Positions 1-12,461 of a DNA stretch of 64,000 nucleotides are shown one piece after another (the first letter of the stretch is position 1; each line of letters opens with the position of its first letter). This DNA comes from Nymphaea colorata. Its lineage: Eukaryota. Where the stretch lies: NCBI RefSeq assembly GCF_008831285.2, contig NC_045138.2, forward strand, positions 13,330,001-13,394,000, in the 5' to 3' direction. The translations under genes and the position numbers were made by a program. The notes beneath the pieces were generated by a model. The model was not told where the DNA came from and did no database searches. It worked only from the letters and a program-made list of their open reading frames with translations.

Positions 1-211
1 TGTTATTGCTTATGAGCTTTAGTTTGGAAGTGGTCCTTGTGGTACTCATGAGGGTAAGGTTCTACTACAGGTAGAACAGCTAACAACTATTGATTGTGGT
101 CTTTATGTTGTTGGGGTGTGTAGGTTATTCTGTTGTTCATTGTCTCTTTGTTGTTTTTTTGTTTGCTATTCTTGGTTTACAAGTAATTGTTTTGTTGATG
201 TGGTTTTGCAG

Positions 212-3200
212 TGACAAGCTCTATAAAGAAATACGGGATCTCAACTTCGAAGTTGTTGTTCAGGTTTTGTTCGTAATTGTTTTTTATCCCCATTTTGAGC
301 CTTTCTCCTTCAACTTTGTTGTGATTATTTGGGAAATGGAAATTGTTGATGGCACTTATTTATACTCATACTTTTCATTTTCCACTATACGAATGTAGGT
401 GTTGCGTCAAAAAGCAACATCAATGAAGCAGGATTACACGGAAGTGACTACCACAGTAAGTAAAAGAGTATATTTGAAAGTGATTTTTAAAAGGGTATAT
501 TTGAAAGCGCTTCCCATGTTGAAGAGAAGTCAAAAGTGGAAGCAGAAGTTCCTTTGTCTATTTTCTACATCCGTCTTAGTCTGGAAAACCTTTTATTTTG
601 TTTTTTTATTTTTATTTTTATTTTTATTTTTATTTTACGTCCATTTATAGTTTTATGGTTTTCTGAACTTCTGAGGAAAAAGTGTTGAGAAAGATGTTTC
701 TTTGTGTAATGTGAATATTCTAGAGAATTGCTTTAATGTCATACTTTTGGTAAAATGATATTAGAACATCTTAGTATCTTACCATGTTGTATAAATGTCA
801 ACTTTTTCCATTATTTACAACACTTTTGGATCTATTTTTATTATTGGCATTTATGTACCAAATTCTTTCATATTTTGCCTCCTCTCAACCCAAAAATCCT
901 TGGCTAGATTCAGTCACTGAGCCATGTGGTACTTGCTGTGTGTTTGCACATGTAGGATTCACCCTTATCTATCACTTTTGTCAAAATTATTTGTTATTCT
1001 TGCAGAGCCAGACTGTGGCTGAGTTGAAAGATTTTGTGAAGAAACTCAACTCCCTCCCAGAAATGACTGTAAGCTGGTCCCTGTATTTCAAATTTATTTC
1101 ACAGGGAAATGTACTGTGTATTTTATTTTATTTTTATTTTCTCTTTCAGAGGCATATAAACCTTGCTCAACATTTGAATACATTCACATCGAAGCCATCA
1201 TTTCTTGGAAAGCTTGATATGGAACACACAATTATAGAAGGACAAGGTTATGACATGTGAGTAGTTTATCTTGCAATTTTGCAGTTTATTGGACCTTTCT
1301 ATGTTCTGCTAACTTTGCAACCCATGTGACGTGTGTGTAGAAATGTGTAAGCCACAACATGCTCACATAAAAGATCTGACGATACAAAAAACAGAAAGGC
1401 TTCACTCAGATGTGCACAAAGGCACCAACATAAGGATAAAATAGATAAACTATATTAATCAAAGCTTAGCCCAATCTTCACAAACCAAGGCGAGTAAGCC
1501 CCTCTATATATACAAGAAAAGAGGACAAACGAAGCTTGCTGCCAATGACTGGACTGCTAGTTGTTGGAGCTAGCCCAACACCTAGTTCAGTTTTGGGAAA
1601 ATACAGGAGGAAGATAAAAATTACATAAACAGGAAAATATATGTAAACCTAGAATGCACACCGATATTATTATATAATAATAATAATAGACATGGTTAAC
1701 TGGACTTGTTATAGCTGGCGATTTAATTTGGTATTTTGGAACAACACCAGCCAGTGCGACAGGGGTGTGGAGGCCTTTAAGAGTCTGTGTTACTTCGCAT
1801 CCGTCCATTTTTGCTCGCATCAGTAGGCGGCATGAAATGGCTGAGAAGGACCTGCAAGGCTGGGTTTTACTATCTATGGCAGATAATGCAACATCAGCCA
1901 TTTTTTGACTATTGAATGGATGAAAGTTGGTCCATGTTTTGTTCAGTCTCTTGTGCTTTAACCTTTGTACTGTTTAAGGAATTGATATATTCTTGCTTCA
2001 TCATGTTCTCTAATTTCTGATCTCCGTCTTCTCATTGTATTTGATAACGGCTTGTAATTTCTTTGCCTTCTAATGAATCCATCATCCCTACTTGCTTGAA
2101 ATTCCTAATAGGGTTAAAAAATTGCAGCTGTTTTGAGTACATCGAGGAAATGATCCACAAGCAGGAGGCTATTTTTGATGTTCTCCGCTTGCTTGTATTA
2201 TTTTCAATTACAAACCTTGGGTTGCCAAAGAAGCACTTTGACTATTTCAGGTAATTCCAGCTCTTGTGCACATTTTGTGTCACGGCGTGTGTATGCCATG
2301 GGTTTGGCAAGTGTAGGCTTATATGCATGTTTTACATGTATCTGCATTGGGTATGGGTCTTTTGTATCTAAATGTTCACATATGCAGGTGTTTGTGTGTG
2401 CAGATTGGTGGTTGTTGTGTTCTTGTGCGTGTGCATGTGTAGAATGTAGTCAAGCAATTATAAGCAGAACAAAATGATCAGAAAAGCCAGACACGTCTGT
2501 ATTTTGTCCACAAGGTTTTGTGGTAACACTATGTTGTCAAACTGGGTCTCCCCAATCATCTATATGAATATACAAGGTGTTTGCTGCATAATGTAAAAAT
2601 TTGAGAATCAGCATCCGTTGCTGCAATATCCAGCAGTGCAGTATCACAACAATGTCAAACAAAAGATTTTCACTTGATAGATTGGATAACTCCATTTCCA
2701 TTGGCAAGCCAAGCCATTACCAGGCAGTTTTTGCTTTCTCAGTATATCTAATAAATAGTGCACTCTGCATCATAAAATACAATGCTGCCATCACTATATA
2801 ACAAAGAGGTAGTGCACTCTACATCATAAAATGCAATTATTTTACCATCGAAGAGGTTTCTCAATAAAATTATTTCTCTCATAAGCTGTTTTTTTGTCTC
2901 AAATAAATTCCTTGAGTACTTTTGGACTCCACTTTCATTCATCACCATGCTTCACATAGCATGTAAAACAAAAGAAAGGAAAAAAAGAAAAAGGTCAAAA
3001 GAGACCTGCTGTTACATACTCTTGATTTTTGTCTAGGTTAGTTGGCAACTGATGTCTTTTCTTTAATATTTTCTTCGTATAACTTTATTTATCTAAAATT
3101 CAGTTTGTTGTTAAATCATTTCAGTTGGCTGCCTTCTGGTATGTGTGTGTGTGTGTGTGTAGTGATTAAATAGTTAACCCTTGAGTTCCATGTTTCCTCT

Positions 3201-3909
3201 TATGGCAAAAATTAATTTGAAAGATGTGATCTACTAGTTCATGTAACATTTTAGATTATATCATTTCAACATATAAAGAAGGAAAATCAATTGGATAAAA
3301 AATAAAAAAACATCCAGTGCATCAAAATTTGATGTGTTAAAAATCATGTTTATATTTCCAAATGACATGATTCAGAGTATGATTTCAATATAGGACTAAA
3401 CAATGAAAAAGGATCCTTGTTCATTATTTAGTCTTATATTGAAGAGAAAGGAGTCAGGAGCTTTGGAGGAGTTATAAAAAGAGAGGTGGGGGTTCATAAG
3501 AAAGCATAGTTATTAGTCTAATATGTGGTCCATGTGACTAAAAAATATTAGACTAATTTTGATTAATGAAATAATTTTATTAATAACAATAAAAACGGCT
3601 ATTGGTCATAAAGTCTGGCCTGCTACCCAATTGCGGGCCCTGGACTTGGTTCAGGGCCAATAGAAATTTCCAATTTTGAATTGGATTTGATTGAGAACTT
3701 AGAAATTAGATTTGGATGGGATATGTTTCTGAATTTAAAAGTCCTATTCTACTATAGATTTTTCTTTTTTGGCATTTAAATCCAAATTTGAACCCAAAAA
3801 AGTCAGACATGGTAAAGGGTTCATCCAACACGAACCTGGCCCATTGACATCCCTATCTATGTATGTGCATATACATACAGACATGCATACACATACATGT
3901 ATACATACA

Positions 3910-3959
<50 letters not shown>

Positions 3960-6900
3960 ATTAAATTGGTTTATTTCCTATTTTGTGTATATTTTTGTTT
4001 CTGTTGTTAATGTTCCTTCTACCTTGCAGCTTTCATTAAACTTTATATGTAGATTCTCATCGTTTTGTAATTTTATGAGTAATAACATGGTATGAATTTT
4101 TCGACACCTTAGTCTGCTTCTGTACTTGCCATGATATAATCTACAGGAGTCTTGTACAATTCTCTAGTTTACTTATACTAGCATTTTTGTTTACTCAAAT
4201 GCTTGTTGTGCATGCATAATAGACCATTTGGTGCATTAGTTGTTCCACTTTGCTGTGTTTGTTGCCATGTCTACTGTAGTGTTTCTCATTTGAATATCTT
4301 CCTTATTGTCTAGGAGAGAGATTCTTCACAGCTATGGATTTGAGCATATGGCCACCCTAAACAATTTAGAAAGGGCTGGGTTGCTTAAGAAGCAGGTGCA
4401 TGCATCGGAAAATTTTCCTTATTCAATAATAATGAGAATCTTATGTGAAAATCTCAAAAAGAAACGCTTGTTTTCTTTTATTAATAGGGATTTGGAACTT
4501 GTTCTGTTATTGAGGTCAATTAATTTGCAGCTTGTGATTGGAAATGAATTCATTTCTGCAGGAAGCTAAAAGCAACTGGTTGACAGTCAAGCGTGCACTC
4601 CAACTTGTTGTTGATGATACAGACACTGCCAAGTATTGCATTTTGAAAGCATTAAAATCTAGAATAGAGGGGGCTATAAATATTTCTTTCTTTCACTTTT
4701 TCATATTTTTTTATGTTTGCTTTGGATATATGTTCATTGCTTTTTATAGTGATTTGTGAGGCTCATTCATGATTAATTTGTGCTTAGCTGAGTCCAAGTT
4801 TTGCCTCTTTGGCAGATTGCTGGATTAAGTTCAGATGTACTCTCAATCATCAATTTTGATGATAGTATTAGCTAGATTTCTCCCTTGGAGAACTTAAAAT
4901 AGTTAGTTTAAGAAGCTTGATAAGAGTCTTTGAGTTATACTAAGGCACTTTTAAGCTTTGTTTTTAGTTTTCTTTCTGTTTCATATACAATGAAGTACTT
5001 TCTTGTGCCACCACTGATATTTTTTTCTTTCACTAATGGGAGATTGTAGCTAATTTTGCTTTAGCATGTATTTTATGCAAGACCTTCTTCATGAAATCCT
5101 CTTGTTTGTTGTTACTTTTCACAGTCCCAATGATATTGCATATGTCTTTTCGGGATATGCACCACTCAGCATTCGACTTGTTCAACATGCAATAAAATAT
5201 GGATGGTAAGTTTGCCTTTTGTTTTTTGTCCTGAACATTAACTATTGAGTCTAACACTTTTCATCTGTTTCTCTTCTGCATTTTTTATTTTGAAAGGTGC
5301 CCTTCCATTTAAATGCATAGTTCTAGTTCTCATACTTATTTTAAGGGTCTATGTAATGGTTGAACCTGACGAAGTCGAAGATGAGAACCTTCGGTGAAGA
5401 TAAATGTTACTCTCATCACCATGTTGATGCAATAACTGCTAATGGTTGCATTATGGTTATGAATTTTTTTAATGCTGCAAAAAGCTCATACATGTATGCG
5501 GTTCAGTTGGTGAACTTTGTTTTTATGCATGTTACATTTGTGATAACCAAATTTCACGTGACTCATCCTTTTGTAATTGACTGAGGTGGCTATCAGGCGT
5601 GCTATTGATGATATCCTCAAATTATTGCCTGGGCCTCATCTAGAGTTTAAGAGAGTAAGTGATTTTATTCCAAATTTTTAAGTAGATTATCTACGTTAGG
5701 CTTTCAAGAATTTTCACGTCATTCCCTTTCATTTAGGAGGATATAAATCTTTGACCATGAGTTTTCTATTGGGAAAATCCCAAGTGTTATTTTTTTTTTT
5801 CTTGTTGTTCCAAAATGTAATTCCTTTCCTGAATAACGATATTACTAGCCATCATTTTGAACAGGACTTAGGTTTACATATGAACTGGCTAAAGACTATA
5901 AAATCTGTCATACTAGTAATTCAGCTGTTAAAGACTATAAACTATCATGTGAAGCAGCTTAGTTAATTACGACACTAAATCAATTTGCTAAGTGCACAAT
6001 GTGTTTTCACTATGATAGTATGGGTCAATGAGGCTGCAGTACTATGGTGATCTCTTCCACCAGCTGAGACTTAGCAGGCCATTTTGTGAGAACTTGTGGT
6101 ATAAAGTAGGCAACTACATGGAGATTTCCTGTAGATATGTTATACTCTACTGAAGTTTCAATTTTGACAAGTACATTGCACTAATTAAGCACTTACGTTG
6201 AATTTAATTTTATGCAGGATGTATATTCCAGTGCCTCTTCATTCGAGACAAGAATTGATGCACCTGTTGGTATGGATAAGTATGTTGGCAAAACCTTTAA
6301 AAATTATATAGCCCACATTATCATTGAATGCTTGTCACCAGTTTAGACGAGAATTCCTGAAACCTCAAAAGAAGCATTTGTGTTCATTCTTTCTGTCTAA
6401 GGAGATAGTATGGTTACTCACTATTTTATTGATTATATGATACATAATAATTTCCTCGTTATTTGATTCATTTAGGGTCTTAATCCTGCATTCTATCTCG
6501 TGCAGACATGTTTTCTTTAACTTTGATTGTTGAGGAATGCATTATTTTGCATTCCTGCAGAGTTTTGTCTGTTTCTTTTCATTCAAAAGTAGTACCTGTG
6601 ATTCCCATCTCTATTTTATAATTTGGTGTTGTGGAACATCTATGCTTCAATTTTGATAAAATTTTAGGTTACGTGCTCCTTAGAAAATAATTTTTATTGG
6701 TAATTACTGATTTTTGTCTAAATTTATATAGAATGGTGAAACACTGAGTGAACCACCTTCCTGAGATTGTCTGATGTTATTTTGCATTTGTTGTCCATTA
6801 TACTCTTGTTTCCAACTCTGCATCTTTGGACAGGGTTGCTGATGGACGCCGTTCATTAGTCTTGGTTATATTTATTGGGGGAGTGACGTTTGCTGAAATT

Positions 6901-9132
6901 TCTGCACTTCGTTTTCTTAGTGGACAGGTATGAACTGCTGTAACATATATATATATCCTTGATTGTACGTCACTATACAAATATTATTGTCATGTTAGTC
7001 ATATGTTATTGATGATGTAATGTTTCAGATAGATCCCTTCTGAAGACATGCTTTGTAACACAAATATAAATTTAGTTATCTGAACGTAATGAATGCATAA
7101 AGATGGAAAAAAAAATTGAAAGATGCCAAAACCAAGTAAAGAAGCAAAAGAGTGAACATTTTCTTGTGCACGCGAATGGTAGGTCAAAAAAGTAGCATTG
7201 TATACTAGAATTCTGGTGCTTGGCGCAGCAATGAATTGAGAGTAGAATAATCAAAAGAAGCAATGCAGGGAGGCAGGAGAATTCTGGTTTGACTAACATA
7301 ACGTTCTTTGTACATCTTGCTCAAGACTCAATAACCATCTAGCTTCTCTGGAGCTTAGAGTATGTGGCACCCTTACTGGTTTAACGAGAGCAAAGCAAGT
7401 GATTCTGCATTGTCATGATCATTGACCAATCTAGTCAGAGGCAATGTAATGCTAGTCATTGGCATGCATATCCTATGTAATCCCAGGAACCAGTTGATAT
7501 GCATGGTCTATAGGTGGTTGAACAGTAAACACTTCCTTATCAGCACTTCGACTCACTTGAGTGCTCACATTTACTCATTTATGTTGTTTTGCTTTCGCAC
7601 TTAGTTATGAATATCCATGATATTTTGAAATTATCCTGATATTATAGCCATTTTGAACCCAGCCAAAATATCCTGACAAAAATGAAACCTTCACAATATT
7701 ATCCTTAGATATTGCTGATAATTTTTCCAATTTTCATAAAGGTCCCCGGACCCCGTTTTAATAATTTTTTAGCATGTGAATCTTTCCATTTTGTTTTTTT
7801 TTCATGTTTTTAGAAAATTTTTCTAATTGCTTCTTTATACTTTTGCTAGAAAGACATTGGAAAATATATTTTCTCATAACATTTTCATTTGTTCTTTATA
7901 TTTTTCAAGTTCTAAAGCTCCAAAATTTGTCATATTTTTCCCAAGAGAATCCACAATTTAAAATACATTCCTCAACAAAACTTTGCCGAGAATGATAGTG
8001 GTGACTATGCTTTCACAATTTCTTAATTTGCAAGATGTTTCATTTTGAACTCGTTCTTTGTATGCGGTAGTGGGACCCTCCAATTTTTCATCAGATTTTA
8101 TTACACATAGTTAGTATTTTCAAAGATTTGCATTATAAGGCCTTTCATTTTCTAGAAACACATACATGTGTTAGTACCCGGTTATCGATTCGGATTGGTT
8201 CCTAGTTGGGGCAGACCCAATAAGGCTTTTAATAGGTCGAAGGCACTGAGGGAGGGATCATCTGTTAATTGAAGTCCTTTACCTCTGGGAGGAAAGTGTG
8301 TGCGTGTGGGATTGGGGTTGCTTTGTAAGGGTTTTCAAGTTAGCAGGTGGTTGGCTAACAACATGCTTCTAGATGTATGGCTGTATCCATGTCATTTTTT
8401 GAGACCTTGCATTGTACCAAATGTATTAGCATCGTTATTCATGAGGCGTAGGATAGACAATAACATAAGTATGACTCCTGTCCATCCAATCAGCGTGAAT
8501 GGTTCCTGATGGGGCTTCTTGGACTGACATCAATTTGTAGCGTTCATTTGATGATACTCGGTACATATTAGATCACTTATGGAGCTCTTCATGTTTAGTT
8601 GGACATAAAAGTGGATCTCCATCGGTTGACCATTGCAAGATAAAAAGTTAAGGCTTTGCAACACACAAACCTAAATCTCAAAAAGTTGGGAGTACTGAAT
8701 CCCTTCAAGTTCCATTGTAATGTTTGTATGGACATCTAGGACAAGTCAGGATGACATCTGTTCAATTCTAAGTCACACTGGTGCGTTCAATTCTAAGTCA
8801 CACGGGTGCGCCAACTATCACACCGGTGCGGGTGTGGCTCGGCACGGCACCCGACTCGGTCAAGCCGAATCGGGTGCTGCTGACCGCACCCATTCTTCTT
8901 TTCTCTTGTTTTTTTATTTTTATTTTTTTTCCTTCTCTTATCTTTCCCTCTCTTTTTTTTCCTCTTCTTATTTAATAAAACATTGAATTTTGTATGGGAT
9001 TAAGGTAACCTTGATAAAAAAAATTAAAAATATAGAAAAATGAACTTACTTATATAACAAATAACATATATATATATATGTGTGTGTGTGTGTGTTTTCG
9101 CCGCACTTGCACTTAATTTTTTTTGGAACTTG

Positions 9133-9176
<44 letters not shown>

Positions 9177-9221
9177 GTGTGTGCTTTCGCCGCACCTGCA
9201 CTTAATTTTTTTTGGAACTTG

Positions 9222-9255
<34 letters not shown>

Positions 9256-9599
9256 TTTTGCCGCACCTGCACTTAATTTTTTTTGGAACTTGCTGCATCC
9301 TGCACCCGCACCTCGCACCCATGTGACATAGGTTAAATTGTTGTACTGCACCAAGCACCACTACCCCCTTTCCTCCTTTTTTGTGTTCTTAATTTCATAA
9401 CGTGCTTAAAATCCAGAATCATTATTTCTTAGTTGGATTTTCTTGTACAGCCAATAAACTGGTATTGTATTTGTTACTTTAACCTTTTCTTTTTTTATTT
9501 TTCCCTTTTCAGGAAGGAATGGCATTCGAATTGATTGTTGGTGCAACAAAGATACTGAACGGTAGAACCTTGCTGGAGACGTTAACTGAGAATTTGTGA
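212..9599 (+). CDS. VPS33: Vacuolar protein sorting 33 (Sec1/Munc18 family, HOPS/CORVET subunit), 3' part only; the 5' exons lie upstream of the window
   Basis: GT-AG exons 212-263, 399-455, 1006-1068, 1150-1256, 2128-2250, 4314-4395, 4562-4632, 5125-5205, 5597-5654, 6218-6279, 6834-6927 and 9513-9599 (TGA) join in frame. They give [27 protein letters not shown]...RHINLAQHL...[15 protein letters not shown]...[10 protein letters not shown]...[19 protein letters not shown]...[11 protein letters not shown], matching the plant VPS33 C-terminus. Confidence 0.95.
3384..3443. repeat. 60-bp loopless palindrome in a VPS33 intron
   Basis: ttcaatataggactaaacaatgaaaaagga|tccttgttcattatttagtcttatattgaa: 27/30 positions complementary around a central GGATCC. 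Confidence 0.85.
3871..3959. repeat. (ATAC)n-(AT)n compound microsatellite
   Basis: Direct reading of tandem ATAC units followed by AT units. Confidence 0.9.
7600..8009. mobile_element. Degenerate non-autonomous hAT-like element (MITE) in the last VPS33 intron
   Basis: Flanked by an 8-bp near-duplication, ctttcgca (7592-7599) / ctttcaca (8010-8017). The termini cttagttat...gtgactatg form a degenerate TIR and the interior is AT-rich. Confidence 0.5.
8793..9331. mobile_element. hAT-type MITE with 18-bp TIRs and 8-bp TSD, carrying internal tandem units
   Basis: Left TIR ctaagtcacacgggtgcg versus the reverse complement of the right end, ctatgtcacatgggtgcg (16/18). TSD gttcaatt (8785-8792) / gttaaatt (9332-9339). 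Three copies of gccgcac(c/t)tgcacttaattttttttggaacttg are each preceded by a (TA)n(TG)n tract. Confidence 0.8.
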
Positions 9600-12009
9600 T
9601 GGAGGCAAAATCAATAAAAAGGATAAGAAGTCACCTCCTCTTTTGATGACTGGCAGCCTCCTTTTGAGACTGAACGTAACGTTCCTCGTCTAGGTCTGAT
9701 CTGGTTTGGTTTTGTGAAACGCAAGATGGCAGTGCAAAATGCTTGAGGACTGCCTTCTTGCGTCGTGTGTATAAATGCAGCTGACGTGCAAGAGAGAGTC
9801 CATTCCTTTTATATGACGGATAAAAGTTTTCGGGAAAATATTGTCTCGTCTGTCTTCCTAGGCATTTCTTTTTGTTCTGCTGTCAAATTTTCTGAAGAAC
9901 AGGCCATGGGTTTGATTGTGATAATGGATAATCTGCGTCCCCTATCAACCCAAGGCGCAAGGAAACGGTACTTTTTTCTTGTCAGGTTTGCCTGCCCTTT
10001 TCAATTACAAAATTCATCACGATACCGTGTGCCTACTGCATGTGACTTCTGCCTAATAGTCTGCAGCTCGCCTCCGGTGTCTAGCCCATAGTGCAGTGAC
10101 GGAACTGTGTTCGTAGATGCCTTGCTTGCCTTGCCCGTCGAAAAATGGTCAATACTTGCACGCCACAAACAAAAATGTAGAGGCAGAGTGGCTGACAGTC
10201 ACTGCCAGTATCTTGGTTCTTTACGTTTTTTTCTTGAAAGAGCACTTTTTATTATATTTGGTCTTTTTTACAGAAAATCATATTTTAAGTTTTGGTCGTA
10301 GATTAGAAAACCTGCTCAAGTTTGGATTCTTTTCATTTAACTGCCAAATTGTCGCTATATTTGCAAGTTTGGTGGATCAAAACTTTTTTGGACGTTTGTC
10401 TGACAAAAGTTATGCATGGCCTTTACTGCAAATGATGGCCAATAATTGCCGAACAGTTAGCTTCAAACACGGAGTTCTCTTGATTTCAGTAGACGACGTA
10501 TGGGTGCATCTTTTTGAGTTTTATTTGTGAAGAACGAACAATGTTGTCAAAAGTGACAAAGCTGGATTCAGTGAACCGGCTATGTTGAATCAGAATAATT
10601 TGTTGATGGTAAAAGTTATTACTATATCTGTGCTTTTCAAAATCAAAAGTAAAAAAAAAAAAAAGAAGAATTTAAAAGAATAGAAAAATAATAAAAATCG
10701 TCAAGACGTGACACGTGCCAACAGCAGTGGAACAAGCTATTGAAGTAAAAGTTTCTCAAAATGGATAACATGCTGCCTCACTGTAAAGCAAGGCAGTGGC
10801 AGCTTCAACCTTGGACCAAATTCATCCGCTATTTTTTTGAGGCATGGTGAATTATTATCCTTTGTTAGTATATCAGTAACCCTGCTTAGTCTATGTATTT
10901 CTCGAGGTCGCGCCTGTGAATCCCAGAAATGATAAATTATGTGGATAGTACGCAGTCTGTCCAGAGCCTAGCAAAATGAAAAAGACACGTTCTTTTCGGT
11001 GCCGGCGATATGCTGATTGAATAACGGTAGCAACCTGTCCTGTAGGAGATGATGGTTAGCAGACCGCCCGATTCATGTGAATTGCCGAGTCAGCGACCAA
11101 GAGAGTCGCTTTCGGGTCACCGGTGCTTACACGCAGCTATGAAACTCCAATCGGTCGAATGAGCGCAGAAAAACTCGAAGTATAGAATCGTTTGTATGGC
11201 CGACATGCTCCGCACCGCGACCTACCGTTGGAGTTTCCAAACCAAAATGAAACATGAAGGGAACATAAGACCGACTTCCCGCCTTCTCTCGAATTCCTGC
11301 AGTCGGCGGACGAGAAGGGAAATTGCGAAAAGAGAAAATGAAACTCGCCTGTTAATTTAATTTCTTTTGTTCCCAGCGGCGTAAGAGAAGCAGGGCTTGG
11401 AAAAATGGAGCGATTCATCAGATGAAGGTGCGGGACTGCAGGATAGGCTGCTTTTTCTCCGCCGTGTCGACTGGGCGAGAACTACCACCCGTTATCGCCT
11501 CTGGGGGCCAAACTGTAACAAAATATACAGGAAGACGGGTTTCCAAGGGGTCGGGTCGGAAACGAATGAATGACAAGCGAGGGCTGTCCATCTTCTCCCC
11601 GACCCTTCGGCTCCATCCCCGGCATTTTCCGTTACGGCTCACAGGAACGCATGACATACGGGATTCACGACAGAAGGGGTGATGGTGATGAATGGCGGGT
11701 CTGGGATCGCCACCAGCCCTCTCAAGACGCCGCAGAATGACGCACTCCGCTTTTCAATGTGGGATACCCCAAAACCGCAGGCTGCTCTGTCCGGCCCTCA
11801 TCCTTTTGCCGTCGCTATGGAGAGAGAGAGAGAGAGATTGCAAATTTTGCCAGGAAAGTGCACAAACTAGCGAACACAAAGTCTACAGCTGAATTTTGCA
11901 CAAACTGTTCGCTTTTGTTCATCAGAATTTTGAACTTTAGTCCTCCATTGCGAGTATCAAGTTTTGCCTTACCTGACAACAAATTGGAACTTGACAAAGA
12001 GAACTTCTA

Positions 12010-12110
12010 ATTCTCAACTCCAGGACAAACAGAAAACTTGTACAAATGGAAACTGGAAAAGATTTGTGATTCTGAACTCCAGGCCAAACAGAAAACTTGT
12101 ACAAGGAAAG
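12010..12110. repeat. Two ~60-bp tandem units downstream of the OTU stop codon
   Basis: attct(c/g)aactccagg(a/c)caaacagaaaacttgtacaa occurs at ~12010 and ~12069. Confidence 0.75.
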
Positions 12111-12461
12111 TAAAATGACAACATTGCATATTCTGAAAAGTACAAAAAAGATTGTCCATCTCCCTTGATTCACAAGTAAATGGTTCGTGACAATCGAGAC
12201 AACTCGAAAAGATTTATTTATCGAAAGATACAGAGAAACGGCTGGTTTATCTTTTCCATTTTATCGAGTCCTAGCAGAAGAAAAATGACATCTACATAGC
12301 AAAGGAGCAAGTTCCTTCGCATCTCAAAAGCCTTTCGGAACTGCAAAAAACCCTATCTTTTTTAGGTTGAATTAAAACGGGACATCAGCTAACAAAATTT
12401 CCTAGACTTGAAATGCGCAAGTTTCTCGCAACCATTCGATGCGAAGGTGCAACTTCATCAG

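Noticed and set aside
9060..9300. Three ~33-bp direct repeats with spacers, superficially CRISPR-like
   Set aside because: The spacers are (TA)n(TG)n microsatellites, the array is inside a MITE in a plant intron, and there are no cas genes.
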